A stretch of DNA of 64,000 bases, from assembly GCA_050084515.1 (NCBI GenBank), contig CM114271.1:25172001-25236000 (forward strand). The letters run 5' to 3'. The stretch comes from Blasia pusilla (Eukaryota). Both the position numbers and the translations under genes were made by a program. Shown here one piece after another: positions 50,443 through 64,000 of the stretch. The notes under the pieces were generated by a model. It searched no databases and was not told the DNA's origin. It worked only from the letters and a program-made list of their open reading frames with translations. How positions within the stretch are numbered: position 1 is the stretch's first letter; each line of letters begins with the position of its first letter.

Positions 50443-53400
50443 CTCATCCTCAAACTCATATCGATATCTATAACGCCTAAATCATTTCTAAACATCTCAA
50501 ACTTATCTCTAGACAATGCCTTTGTAAAGATGTAAGCAATTTGCTGATCTGTATTTATATATACACAAGATCAATTTCTCCTGCAAGCACTTTCTCTCTG
50601 ATAAAATGATAGTGCACTTCAATATGGTTTGTACGAGCATGAAACACAAGGTTATTAGCAAGCTTGATGCTACTAATATTGTATGCATATATTACACTAG
50701 GTCCTAAGTTACTAACACCAATCTCAACAAGTAATCTATGAAGACACAGCGCCTCACATGCTGCATTGGTTGCTCCTATGTATTCAGCCTCTGTTGAAGA
50801 TAAAACAACTATAGGTTGCTTCTTTGAAGCCCAATTTATAATTGCGCTTCCCAAAATAAATGAATAACCACATGTGGAGTATCAATCATACACGCTTCCT
50901 CCCCAATTAACATTTGAGAACCCTTGTAAATGTAAACTCGGAGAAGGTTCAAATTGAAACCCAAATTGAACAGAGAATTTCACATACTGCATAATCCTCC
51001 TCACAGCATCAAGATGAGATTTTCGAGGTGCTTGCAAAATTAGCTCACTAGGCCAACTGCATAGTCCGAATCTGGCCTGGTTATATTTAGATAGATCAAA
51101 CTTCCAACCATGGGCCTGTATATATTAAAATTTGTAAGCAACTCTCCTTCATCCACTCTTAGCTTCACACTCTGGTCCCACTGTGTAGAAATTGGCTTAC
51201 AAATTGTCATACCAAATTTTTAAAGGATGTGAAGAGCATATTATCGTTATAGTAATCACATGCTTTCTCTAACCTTGATAAACTCAACACCAAGAAAGTA
51301 CTTGAATTCTCCCAAATCCTTCACATCAAATTCTGCCTGTAATTTTAGCTTGACTTGTTGTACCATATCCTCAGTACTCCCAATAATCAAGAGGTCGTCA
51401 ACATACAACACAATGATAACCCTGTGATCTTGTCCTCTCAAGACATATAACGAGGAGTCAGAATCACATACCCTAAAACCCAACTCTTGTAGGACGTATG
51501 TAATCTTGCCATACTAAGCTCTATGAGCTTGTTTGAGCCCGTATAGACCTTTCTTCAAGCCGCATACGAGAAATGGAAACTCGAGATACTCATATCCAAG
51601 TGGTTGAGTCATATATACCTCCTCATGTAGATCTCCATTCAAGAAGGCATTTTTTATGTCCACGTGATGTAACCTTCATTTCTTACTTACTGCAATTGCA
51701 ACCACTGTTCACGTAGTCGCCATCTTTGCAACATGGCTAAAGATTTCTTCATAATCGATGTCATATTGTAGTGCATAGCCCTAAACCACCAATCTCACTT
51801 TGTATCTCTTAACTCTACCAGCTTGATTGCACTTGATTTTGTAAACCCATTTGCAACCAATAGCTTCCTTAGTTGAAGGTATATCAACCAGCTCCCATGT
51901 TTGTTGATGTCTCAATGCAACAAGCTCTTCCTCCATAGCTTCAATCCATTAGACTTTACTTGCAGCTTCTTCAAAAGAACTTGGCTCCTATTCTTGAAGG
52001 ATAGTCATCATATATGCATAATGTGTCGTAAGGAAACCTTCATTTATGAATCTATGAATAGGATGTGTGACTCTACTTGATCTACGAAGTTTTTGTTCAC
52101 AGGTAGATGCCTCTAACACTTGACTCGAGTTTTGACTAGTGTCAACAGAGTAAATACGTACTCTTCCCGTCAACGGACTCAGAGATTTAATTGACGAATC
52201 TATGACCTCTCCTAATCCTGCGCTAGTACTTGGGGAATTTGAAGATGATGTCTGTTGGTTTACAATCATATTCTCCTCCTCAACAGACGAGTTTAGAGGT
52301 GGAATAGGCTCAGATGGAGCATACCATGATTTTAGCTCATCAAAGACAACATCGTGACTAATAAAAAGCTGTCTAGAGGATAGAATGTAGCACTTATATC
52401 CCTTAGTTCCATCAGCGTAGCCAATGAATATACATCTCTCAGATTTGGGGTCTAATTTTTTATGTCTTTCAAAAGGAACATGAGCATAACAAATACAACC
52501 AAATACTTTTAGGAAGGAAAAATCATGTTAACTTCATGTCGAGACTTTGAATGGAGTCTTATTATGAACTCCTGCTCTTTGAATTCGGTTGATCAAGAAG
52601 ACTGCACATGCTACAGCCTCTGCCCAATACATCTTAGGCATGTTCTTCTCATTTCGCATAGCTCGTGCCGCCTCATTAACCTGTCGATTCTTTCTCTAAG
52701 CCACTCCATTTTGTTGTCGAGTGTAACGGCAAGTCGCTTGACGTTGGATGTCATTCTGACGTAAGAAGTCATCAAACTCTATTGAAAGACACTCTCCTCC
52801 TCCATCACAACGCAATTTGAGAATGTGTTCTCCAATTTGCTTCTCTACTAGAACTCTGAATTTTTGGGATACTGAGAATACCTCTCACTTGGTTTTCAGA
52901 AAGTATACCCATATATACCTAGAGAAGTTATCAATAAATGAAACAAAGTACTGGCAACCACTAAGACTATGTTGTGATGTTGTCCACATATCACTATGAA
53001 TCAACTCTAATATCTTGGATGCTCTTCTACCTTACTTTGGAAAAAGAAATCTAGCTTGTTTTCCAAATTCGCTAGTAGGACATACCTCTAACGTAGCAGA
53101 CCTCGCTAATTTAGGAAGTCCTATTACTATATTAGGTGATGAAAGACTCTGTAATCTTTGAAGATTTATATGTCTAATTCTCTTATGCCACACATTTAGA
53201 TCTATCACAAGTTGGCGAATTTAACCATACATTTTTGTTTAAATCTCTGGCATAGAAACATTTAATTTGAGCATTATGTCAGATCTAGTTCCTTTGGTTA
53301 TCGTAGTCTGGTCATCCATTGTTTCAATGAAACAACCATATACATTAAACTTCACTTGATAACCCTGTTTTACTCTTTGTCTTGTAGAGATCAAGTTTCT

Positions 53401-55132
53401 TGCAATGGTAGGAACATAGAGAATATTTCCAAGAGCATAAAGACCATCTAATGTTATTGGAACTTTATTGGTATGCATGATATGATGTTGAGTGTCATCT
53501 CTGATGAGCACAATTGCATGATCTTTCACCGACTCCATACTGCTGAATCATTTAGCTTGTGAGGTCATGTGATTTGATGCACGAGAGTCAATATACTAAT
53601 ATGTTGTCAAGTCTTTCTTGACCATTGCTCCCATATGATGAGTCATGATTAAAAGATTCTCAAATGTGTGAATGTTGTTGTTCTTGGTACTGCCCTTGGT
53701 GTTGTTGCTTCACATAGTTTTGTTGTTGTAAGGTTCTTGTTCTCATACTGGCCTTCTTCTTGAAGCAAAACTTTGCGTAGTGATCCTTTATCCCACAGTA
53801 ATTGCAAGATCCAGGGACCCTCTGCTATTGACCTCGACCCCAACGATTTCCACCATCACCACCTTATGATTGTGTATGGTATTGCTTCGTAATTGATTGA
53901 GTGACATTATATTGAGTGCCTCTTCCTCCATATGTTTAATATCCACCACGATCACAAAAGCTTCTACCACGATCCCCGTCTTTGTTTAATCCATAACCTA
54001 CCAATAGCACACTCTCTTGTAGACTAAACGAGCTATCACTACCTACTAGACGCATCTCTTCACTAATTAACAATGGGACTAACTCTTCAGAGGTTGGATA
54101 CTTCTCTCTCGTAGAGATAGAGATCTCGAAGGACTTGGAATCCTTTGGAAGGCCTTGAAGAATGAACAAAATTAGATCATCATCTTCTACTGTCACTCCA
54201 ATGCTATTCAACTTATCAACAATATGACTGATACTCAAAATATAATCATTGATGTTCTACGATCCTTTCCTCACTTTGTTCAATTTATGTTTTAATTGAA
54301 GCTTTTTGGCCTTCATAGATGTCTAGAAAAGATTTTCCAATGCATCCCAGGCCTCATTCGAAGTGTCGAGATCTTGTATGTGACCTATCATTGGCGAACT
54401 GATAGTTATTGAAATATAGTGGATTACTTGCCTTGCCTATTTGTTCCAAGTGTGAAAATTTAAGTCTGTTGAGTCACCTTCTAGCTTGGCCTCATCACTT
54501 GTGATAAGCTCCCATAATTCTTGACCCGTGAGAAATTTTTTCATGCAAAACTTCCAGACATTGTAATTATGCTTATCTAGTTTCTCACCTATGATTGTTG
54601 TTGAGAAATATTCCATAACGAAGGATTTCACTCGCAAAAATATAATTTCAGGCTCTCCACAACTCCAATTGAAGCATAGACCATTCTTAAAAAAAATTTG
54701 ACCTGAAATTTGCTAAAATTGATCAACTTTACGAAAGAACTAGACGGAATTGGCTTGTAGAGAGCAAACTGCACAACTTTTTTTCACTAATTGTACTTTC
54801 CTATATTGAAATTGCTACTGCAAGAGCTCAGAATATCAAAATCGAGCGATTTTGGATGCGTTAGAAAACTCTTGACAAGTTCTAAAAGATCATTAGAATC
54901 AGATTTTGGTGTCATTCTAATTGATGCGGACCCAGATGGCTAAATTGACGAGGAATGCCCTTAAAAATGCCTCTAAAGTTTTATCACCGTCAAAGCTCTA
55001 CCTGAAATCTGCACCCATTGAGCTATGAACAAAATTTCCTTCTCCCAAACTAAAATTGTGCTTTTTCTTGCTTCTCTTCTCTCCTCAAACACAAAGAATT
55101 TCAACTGATGTTCTCTTATCACTCTGATACCA

Positions 55133-55436
55133 TGTAGAAAACTGCTAAAAAAGCATAACTAGCGGAAAATGGCTCTCACACTCACACACTGCCATGAAGA
55201 ACAAAATTTTGCAATGAGAGAATGAGTGGAGGCTGGTTCCCTTCTCAATTATATACAAACAATCATAACCCTAATATTAACCATAGTCTCGAGTTAGACA
55301 AACTATGATTAACTAACCATTGTTAAGATAATCATCCTTAACTAACTAACCAAGATTAAGCTTCCCTACTTCGTGTCTGTACCAAATATAGCAGTTCATA
55401 TGTCTCATGAGCTTGATTGTAACTCAATCTTCAATA
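55133..55436 (-). repeat. Copia 5' LTR
   Basis: Direct repeat of 50130-50442, adjacent to the PBS. Confidence 0.92.
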
Positions 55437-56249
55437 GATATGACCTCTCTTGTGATAACATCAACTCCTTACTATGTCTCTCTTAATTTCTCATACCCTA
55501 TGTAGAATCTGGTGTAGACGAAGATATGGAGATATATTTTTTATATCCGTAATTTAGAAAAATTATGTACATTCATCCCAAAAATTTACTTTAAAGTTAT
55601 GGGGCGGTACCAATCATATAGTTCCACTTTTGAAGTTTAGACCTTGCTCAAACGATATTTTTAGCGTTCATCATACATTGAAAGTGTAAGTATTTTTGCA
55701 TCAACGTTTATCTTACACCATGGAAATTGTATGATTGGTATCTCCCATAACTTAAAAGTAAATTTTGAAAGATATATCTTGGATTAGCGTTCATCTTACA
55801 TCATGGAAAAAGTTCAAAATTGTATCCTTGAGACGTACAATATGTTAATCACTTGAGTTTGTGAGAAACAAATAGCTCAACCACTTAGAACAGAGCATGA
55901 AAATATCAAGAACTAATGGAAAAATAATGGTGCTTATCATGACGTTTCAATGTAATCTTAATACCAATAAGGTGTTGAAGGCATGATTCAATCATTGACA
56001 CTTTCTATGTAAGATGAACGCTAAAACATCATTTGGATAAGGTCTAAAGTTCAAATTTTAGAAGATAGCCTCTATGAAAGTCTTCATGGGCTAGACATAA
56101 GTTACCTCAGCATCCCCAAAATATTTTTGTTCTTTATTTATCACATCATTACATAGTAGTAACGAGTATCCAGTCAAAATTTCTAGAGTCGTCGGACACC
56201 GAGGATGATGGATTGAGGAGGTGGGGAACTTGAGTATGTAGTTTTTTTC

Positions 56250-56950
56250 CTAATTTAGGCCTTATTTGGGGATATTAGGAGGAATATAATGTTTATGGTA
56301 AGTTCTCTATTTTTGGCAAAATTGACTTCCTAGTATGGATGTTTCCTTTTGAGGGTCTGGGTAAGAGAGGTAACACGTAACCTTCATGAATAGACCACCA
56401 ACAAGAGGGATTAGGTAAGAATAGTGTATACCTCAAAAAGATAGATCTTGGGTGGTCATTCTCTTGATCTTTGCTTAATCTCCCTCTACTAGGCGGCAGA
56501 GGTATGATCTTTTTTGACTTGTGAGTAATCGCAAGCCTCTCACAAGTAGAGTGCCTTTGTTTTGACATAGGAAAGAGCTAAGTGATATGAGAGTAAGTAT
56601 GGCACCACACCTAATTTGATATGAGAGTCTCAAAATGAAAGAGAACCATTGAGAGGGAGGCTCTACCGTAGCATTGGAGCAAGAGCATGAAGATTTGGCT
56701 TCTTCTTTTTTGTAGGTAACGACCTATGTGTCCTAAGTCCTATGAGACACCAATAGGAGCCCATGGAAGTGCAATGTATGTAAGGTAGTTTTTGGTGACC
56801 ATTGAAAATTTTAGATGGGAGTGTTATACGTTGAAAAGTTGCCAATTTGTTGGTAGATTGGAGGCTGTGGGATGATGAATCATCAAGGATGCTATTTATT
56901 ATTGCAAAGTTGATGATATTGTAGGCAAAAATGATAGAAACACAATACAA
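56250..56950 (+). mobile_element. Degraded CACTA-like transposase remnant
   Basis: Fragments (YGKFSIFGKIDFLVW; DLCVLSPMRH..PME) loosely echo CACTA transposase motifs. Heavily decayed. Confidence 0.3.
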
Positions 56951-57649
56951 CTTAGGGTGCATGAAAGGGTCAAGTGAGAGACATAGCATAATTTTTTTTT
57001 ATTTTGAGCCATTGACCCTATTCCTAGTTAAGTAGTTATGTCATCGCATTTGCAATTCAGGTTGTTTCACTGCCCAACCATGCCATCATAATCGCCTTGA
57101 CTTCATAATCTCTCTAAGCCAACGACTTCATCATTGTCTCTTTTCATACCATTGCGCCGCCATCTACACCATTCAATTGTTATATATGGCTGCACTATTA
57201 TAGCCCCGCGATATGCACCTTTATAGCCATTCCAATTCCATGATAGCTTGCCGCACCCATATTTCCCTTATGCATATTTTCAACTTGCTCGGATGCTAGT
57301 ATGTATTATAATTTAAGGTTCTAATGTTGTTGATAGTCCATTGTGTTGCATTTAATTAGGGGTTATAGTTCATGAAGATATCATGTTTCCACCAATTTTT
57401 TTGTGGAGATCAACTGATAGTGATTTTTGAGAGTACTCCAACCTAGTTCTTCAATGATATATGTTTTTTTTTTGTTTCACGTTGCTAATTACTAAACCCC
57501 CAACGTTCATAAAGAGCATTACTTCATAGTACGCCACTCCATCCATTGCCACAATTTTTTGCGTTTGGGTTATTATGAGAGTCTTTGAGATAGACGTGTC
57601 TGCGGATACAAACTTTATCCGTGTTTAACCTTCCTCCCACTAATCAATA

Positions 57650-58410
57650 GGCCATCAACATACAACACAATGATAACCGTATAACCTTTTCCTCTCAAGA
57701 CAGATAGCAAGGAGTCAAAATCACGTACCTTAAAGCCCAACTCTTGTAGGAATACAATCTTGCCATACCAAGCTCATGGAGCTTGCTTGAGCCCTTATAG
57801 AGCTTTCTTTAACCCACATACATGGAATGGAAACTCTAGATGCTCATATCCAAGTGGTTGAGTCATGTATAACTCCTCATATAGATCTCAATTCAAGAAG
57901 GCATTCTTTATCTTCATGTGATGTAATCTCCATTTCTAACTTACTACAAATGCAACCATTGTTCTCGTAGTCTTCATCTCTAACAAGGATAAATGTCTCC
58001 TCATGATCGATGCCATATTGTCGTGCATAGCCCTTGGTAACCAACCAGGCTTGGTATCTGTTTACTATACCATCTTGATTGCGCTTGACTTTGTAAACCC
58101 ATTTGCAACCAATAGCTTCCTTACCAAAAGGTATATCAACTAACTCTCAAGTCTATTGAAAATTTCATGCAACAAGCTTTTCCTCCATACCTTCAATCCA
58201 TTCGACCTTTCTTGCTGTTACTTCAAAATAACTTAACTTTTATTCTTGGAGGGTAGTCATCATGAGCTCTAAGTGTGGGCTCCACCTCTTATAATCTATG
58301 TTCGTGTACATATCCACACTGGTCCTTCCACAACCACCCATGATGTATTACAAGGAATCCTTCATTTATGCATTTATGAAGAAGATGTGTGACTCTATTT
58401 GATCTACGAA
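57650..58410 (-). mobile_element. Copia RT fragment of a family related to 50130-55436
   Basis: Colinear similarity to 51397-52075 (TCAACATACAACACAATGATAACC, CCCAACTCTTGTAGGA, CTCATATCCAAGTGGTTGAGTCAT, TTTGTAAACCCATTTGCAACCAATAGCTTCCTTA). No LTRs seen. Confidence 0.85.
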
Positions 58411-61400
58411 GTTGTTGTTGGACAAACTTGTCCGTTTTTGTACAATCATGATTCCCGGCTTCCGTTTGTGAATCTCAAGATCGAGATCTATTTATGGAGA
58501 AGCGAGGAGGAGTAAAGACTAAACTCTAAGACATATATGGAAACAAGTTTCCATTCCACTGATCCCATTGATTGTATGTGATTATGGGTTGGCTTTACGA
58601 TTTGGAGACCTATCAATTACCAAATTATCTTGGAGTTTCCAAGATTAAAGTCCCAAGGTCAAACCTCTAGAAAAACTTGAATATATTTGCCAATGTTTGT
58701 CCTTTTTCATGGTCAACCGGAGTGTGGTCCTATCTCAAGTAGGTGTAAGGAGTTTCATGTCTATAATGGCTAAAGGTGAAAAAAGGCATTAATGCATGTT
58801 GTATGGAAAATAATTATTTCCTAAATTATTTTTTCTATGTGCATGGATTCATCAGTTTCATTAAAAAATATTCATGTGCCATTCTTGAAATATTTTAATT
58901 CAAAATTTTTTAACCTAATTTTGTTGAACTAAAATTGCCCATTTGTGCACGCTGGCTAGTTAAACTTTCACTTTAAATTGTAAGATGCAATTATTTTTCA
59001 TTTCATCTAAAAGGATTTTTTGAATGTGACCATTTTCGTGCATAAAATAATAATTTGTGTTATAATGTAGATACGCACATTTAAGAGGAAATTTTATTGC
59101 AATAAAATTTACTAGAATTCGGCTCTCCAAGAAATAACACGTGTCATATCGTTTCCCTATAAAAAGTAAAAGAAACGGTCGCATTGTATGAAATGAAAAG
59201 GCGGAGGTCGCAAAATAAAACAAAACAAAACAAAATAAAATAGAACGTGCTTTCCGAAACCGATGGAAACAAAATCCGGAATTCATAATAAATAAATAAA
59301 TAACTATTGCATTAACGACGTCACATTTGTAGTGCGCGACTCGAGTTAGTAAGAAAACGATGACCGGTGGTCAAACGAAGCGTGAGGTCTTCTTGGGAGC
59401 CTCAGATCTTCTTCCCGATCTGACGAACGGAATAAAAAGTAAAACCGGGGTTTTTACCCCTACCATAAATGCCGAAAGTCAAACCTCCTCCATATGAATT
59501 GAATGCTCCATATTTTTGCCCAAAATTTATTTTTAAAAATGCGGAAAATGTTTTACAGCAATAAAACCCGCAATATCCCCAAGTCGTAAACGTCCAAATA
59601 GTCCGTTATTCAAATTCCCCCGTCACAGTAAATAGGGGATGGATGGGAACAGCTTCCGCTCCGTAGGAGAACAGAGGCATTGACTCTCTTGGAGCGAGAG
59701 AGGAATTCCTTCTACAAACGAGAGGACGTTCTTGTATCTGCACGCACGTCGGCATATCGTGCGCCGAAGCCGTGGAGGGCCTTTACTGCCGTTGCAGTGC
59801 GAGGTTTCAATGCTGACATTCCCACCGGCTGTAGCCAGTCAGAGATATCTGCTAGTCTTGGAAAATGAGAAGTTCAGTTTTGTTTCTTTTCGGAATAATA
59901 AATTTGAAGTAAATACGATTTATATGCGTACGCCTTTCAGCCCTTTCCGCGACTCTCTTCGGGGCTTTTAAGCGCATTTATTGGTTTTTCATTTTACGAT
60001 ATTTAAAATGAAACAATACACTAAATTCCGTATGTAAGTTTAAAATTTTAATTCGATCATAAATTACTAAAAAATTTGAGTTTCATTCAAAGATCCGTTT
60101 GGAAACCATAATGTATTTTGGACATGGAATGCCACACAAAACCATTTGTTGATTAGTATGGCATGTTGTGATATCATGAGTCCATATCATCATCATCTCA
60201 GATTTCCTATGAAACTTTTTTCAATTTTCTTTTTGCAACCAGCTCGGAAGAAAGTCGCACACCTACGAGGAGAGATTGAGAATGGTGGGTGGAATCCATG
60301 TGGATAGGCTATGTGAAAAGAACCAAAAATGGCAGTCGTACGTAGAGGCCATAAATTTTAAATTATGCGAAAAATTCTTCACTCATAACTAATTACCTAT
60401 ATTGAAACATAAAGCTTATACCATTTCATATCTTTTCCCCAAATGGATTTATGGAGCTTACTTATGATCTTAAATGTTCAAATACCAATCCCACACAACA
60501 AAAGTGATACAAAATGTAGGGCTTCAAATTCCCCAAAATGAAATGAAAAGGACCTCACTTATTTCCTCTAATTGTAGACATGGATATCTTATGAAGTTAT
60601 ATGGTATGAGGAAGGTTAAAAGGTATCATGGATGAAAGGTAGTGGGAGAACCCATCAACCAAGAAACAAGAAGGGTTCAAAAAGCTAAAGAAATCTATGA
60701 TCATAGTGAGTACTAAAATAGTGCACAACTCCCTTGTGAGCCTAACTTGTGAAACAAGTGAAACAACATCATTTCATATGATAGAAATTCAGTTATGGAA
60801 TGGCTGGTGGTAGCTAGGGGAGCACACGAACCTAGTAGAATAGAGAGCTCCTCGTATGAAAGGTTTCACCGATGTTCACGTGTGGGGACTATGCACAAAC
60901 ATCTCAAAAGAATCTCCTCTAAAGTCTAAAACTAAACAAAGAAAGAGGAGAATCCATCAAGAAAGTAACAATGGAGAATTCAAAGAATCCACATCACTTG
61001 AGGATCACAATCAACTAGGAATGAGAAGAGGAAGATACATAGAATAACCTACTTTGCAGACTACATGTAAAATTTGCATCTCAATTAGGCCCTCTATGAG
61101 ATCTACCAAAATGCATGCCTTTCCTTCGCGAGATTGTTAGATGGGGATATAGCAAATAGCACCATGAACATAATGACTTCCTCTCCAAATATGAAAATGC
61201 TCGTTAGGTTCAGAGGCATGGAAACTAGAATTCCCACCATGAAAGTAGTCTCTTATGCCTAAAGGTGATTCACAATTCCATTGTTTTTTTAGGTGTGCAC
61301 AAAAATCTCTCCAAGCTCGTCACAACACAACGCGGTGCATTGACAAGGAAAGAGGTTTGAGAGCTTTCCGAGTTGGCCTCAGTTTTTGGAAATGGTTCTC

Positions 61401-63639
61401 CTTCCAACTACCTTGAATTGGCAAGTGCATGAAAAAGGATATTTGCCTGCATGTCTCAAGAATTGAAACGTGTGCTTGATCTCATGCAACTAACTACATG
61501 AGCGAAAAGAATGTGTGGGGTTGGTTGGTGCATGCGTACTAGATCTAGAAAGAAGGCTTTTGTATCATCCCCGGGCCAAGAACATGTCCATTCCACATAA
61601 AGAGAATCACGTGGTTGACTCGAAACCGTTTACATTTCGAGCGTTGTTGGGCTGAATTCATCATGCTCATCAAAAACTCATCCACAGTAGCGAAAAAAAG
61701 GAAATCCCTTTCGTGGTGTGAGTATGGAGATGTGTTTCTCTTATTGTCTCCCGAATCGGCACATGTCCAATTGAATAAGCGTGAGGACATGCAAGTGGAG
61801 ACGTGTTTCATCTACTCTTTCTGAGTTGGCACTTCGCGACCCTACGCGTGTTTCACCCTAATCTCTCTCGATCGACACTCTGCGCTCTTGGGTGAGGGAT
61901 GAATTAACATGGAACTATTGGTCTCTCATTTGCCCTGTCGAACTATCGGGTGAACGCTAGGGTTTATAGATCGGAACTCGGATTATAGGTCTGTTCTTGG
62001 GAGAATTTTATGGATTCCAGATTTAATGTAACGTATTTCTCTTACTTACTTTATCGCTGCGCGTGCCTTGGTGTTCCGGAAACTCCACAGGAATAATAAA
62101 CCCATTAGAGATACAAAGGAGGGGGGAGACCATAAACTCGGAGGCCGCCTTAAACCGGCCCTGAGGAGAGTAGATCTGCTTCGTATGCTCGACTGGTATT
62201 TCGGTGAGGACTTCCGTCCCAGACGTGGATGCGATTCACGTGGTAGATTTGATTGTGTTTTGCCTCCTTACTTTGGAGGTGTTTCTCAAATATGTTCTGA
62301 ATCGGTGTTTAACACGTTGCACATGTGAGAGCTTGGCTCAGTGGCGGGTGAGTACTTGCTCGTGTATTTGGAGGTGTTCCACATGCCATGCAAACCAGTA
62401 CTTTACACATTGTACTTGATCCGATTCGGACATCGAGTGAGTACTTGCAGGCTTCTCTATCACATGTCCTGTCGCTTCAGACTTCAGACATTGTACTTAT
62501 CAGTACTGTACCTAAAAGAGTGAGGACTTACATGTTCCGAGATGTGTTTCGGTATTCACTCAATCTGTACATCACACGCTTTCGAAGTGGACGTACTTAA
62601 TCTAGTCCCAGTTAATTGGCAATTTTCGAGGTAATGTTAGGGCTTCTGTCGATTTGTCGCAGGCTCTTCCAGTACTTCCCATTGCTTTTATGAAATGTAG
62701 CCCTGAGAGTCAAGCTAGATTCACAGTGCCGACATATAATTCTTGAAAGATCTGGCATGAGATGTTGGACAGAGTCACCACAGATTATGCCCATTGAAAA
62801 TGTGGCAATGAGTTTCACAGATTTCCATCCCTTCACACACTCTGAAGATGTTGCAATAAGCTAGAGAATGATTAATGATGTTCTGTAGTGCAAGGTGATT
62901 CACCGCATGGTCAAGGTTTCCATGGAGAACCTTTGAATCGGTGATGTTGAGAGCAAGCCTTTATCGAGAACTACACCTTTTATATTAAATGTTTCGCAAG
63001 CCATATGGTTCAAGCCGAAGAAAATCTGATCTTCATCAACTGACTATTCTCCAGAAAATGATATTAGTAGCCCAATTGTGAAAGTGTATTGCAATTCATG
63101 CATAAGCCCATTGACATCACTTCCATAGGATCTGACAAAAGTTTCAAGCAAGTTCAGAAAGAAAAAATCATCAACCTTGACTAAGTAATATGTAATGAGC
63201 CTAACCGTGATGTATCTTGTGAGTCAGCCATAAGCCCTCGAATAACATATTTTCAAAAGATTTGATGCATTTGCATGGCCAACTTCTAGTTAGGATGTGC
63301 ATACCAATCCATTACCTACGTCCTGCTCTCATTCAAGATGGTCCTAACCTGTTCTGTCAGAGAGGGATGATCCCCAGCCTTTTTCAGAGATCTTGCTTCA
63401 CTTAATCCTTCCGCAAAAATCTCCCCAAGTTGCCATCTAGGTCGAAGGTCAAGCTGCCATTGTAAGAAATTCACCAGAGAACTCTCATTAGGGTCCAGAG
63501 ATCAAGAGAGGCATAGCAGTGTCTACCAAGTCCTAAAATAGAAAACCCTGTGAAATATTATAAATGGCTCATGAAACTTCTGCAAACCTATCCCACTTGG
63601 AACACCCTGGAACTGCATCAATGTCTCTCCCTCTCACTC

Positions 63640-63682
63640 ATGCTGAACAGGGCTTGGGGTCTATGGTCACAAGGCTATAACT
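63640..63682 (+). repeat. Fragment matching the 3' end of the LINE at 43150-47860
   Basis: CAGGGCTTGGGGTCTATGGTCACAAGGCTATAAC vs the reverse complement of 43163-43195 (CAGGGCGCGGGGTCTATGGTCGCAAGGCTACAAC). Confidence 0.6.
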
Positions 63683-64000
63683 TAATGAATCCAGCCCCTC
63701 AAGCATGCGGAACAGTGAAGGTTGGTATGAGACCCAAATGTGGAGTGAATCCACAGGGAGACGAGCAGGGCTTGCCAACCTGCAATTGCTAATGCAGGTC
63801 CAGGTAACGGATCACCATCTCTACCCTAAAGCTTGCTAGTAAGGACCACTTGACCCACAGGAGGCCAGTCAGGCAGGCCAAAATCTTGGATCAAACTGGC
63901 CCAAGAGATTGTCAATGGAATTGCCTGAACTATTGAGAGTGCGAGGAGAGTCTTCCTACTGTACTACCCTACCGGGAGAACTCTCGCAGCAGCAATGCAC

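Larger units (their letters stand above)
50130..55436 (-). mobile_element. Full-length degenerate Ty1/Copia LTR retrotransposon
   Basis: LTRs 50130-50442 and 55133-55436; 5-bp TSD GATAT (50125-50129, 55437-55441); tRNA-iMet PBS TGGTATCAGAGT (rc of 55121-55132); gag (KLDKHNYNVWKF), protease (YIDSRASNHMT), integrase, RT (LYVDDLLI), RNase H (SSTEAEY, FHARTNHIEVHYHF) in Copia order. Many stops. Confidence 0.95.

Noticed and set aside
62600-63540. Possible 3' part of a host gene on the minus strand
   Set aside because: The composition is gene-like but no convincing ORF or domain lies within the window.

Overview
Eukaryotic, TE-rich land-plant genomic DNA (probably a non-seed plant; this is inferred from gene and TE style). 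It holds two intact spliced host genes on the minus strand: an SR/RS-rich protein (CDS 7488-4409) and a group-E-type bZIP transcription factor (CDS 28983-27150). They sit among degenerate TEs: a full-length Ty1/Copia with TSD (50130-55436), an APE-RT LINE (~43150-47860), a CRE-like REL-endonuclease non-LTR remnant with dispersed 3' ends, CACTA-like debris and microsatellites. The standout is a Ty3/Gypsy LTR retrotransposon at 12651-21427. Once a precise internal inversion (16335-19006, bounded by 5-bp inverted microhomology) is undone, it reads gag(2xCCHC) - DNMT3-like C5-cytosine methyltransferase - RT - RNase H - DDE integrase - PHD finger, with no recognisable protease. It also has a putative self-priming (non-tRNA) PBS and a circularly permuted LTR layout (B...A-B-A) with no TSD, as if a 2-LTR circle had been integrated. 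All calls were made by eye from the sequence; no database searches were run.
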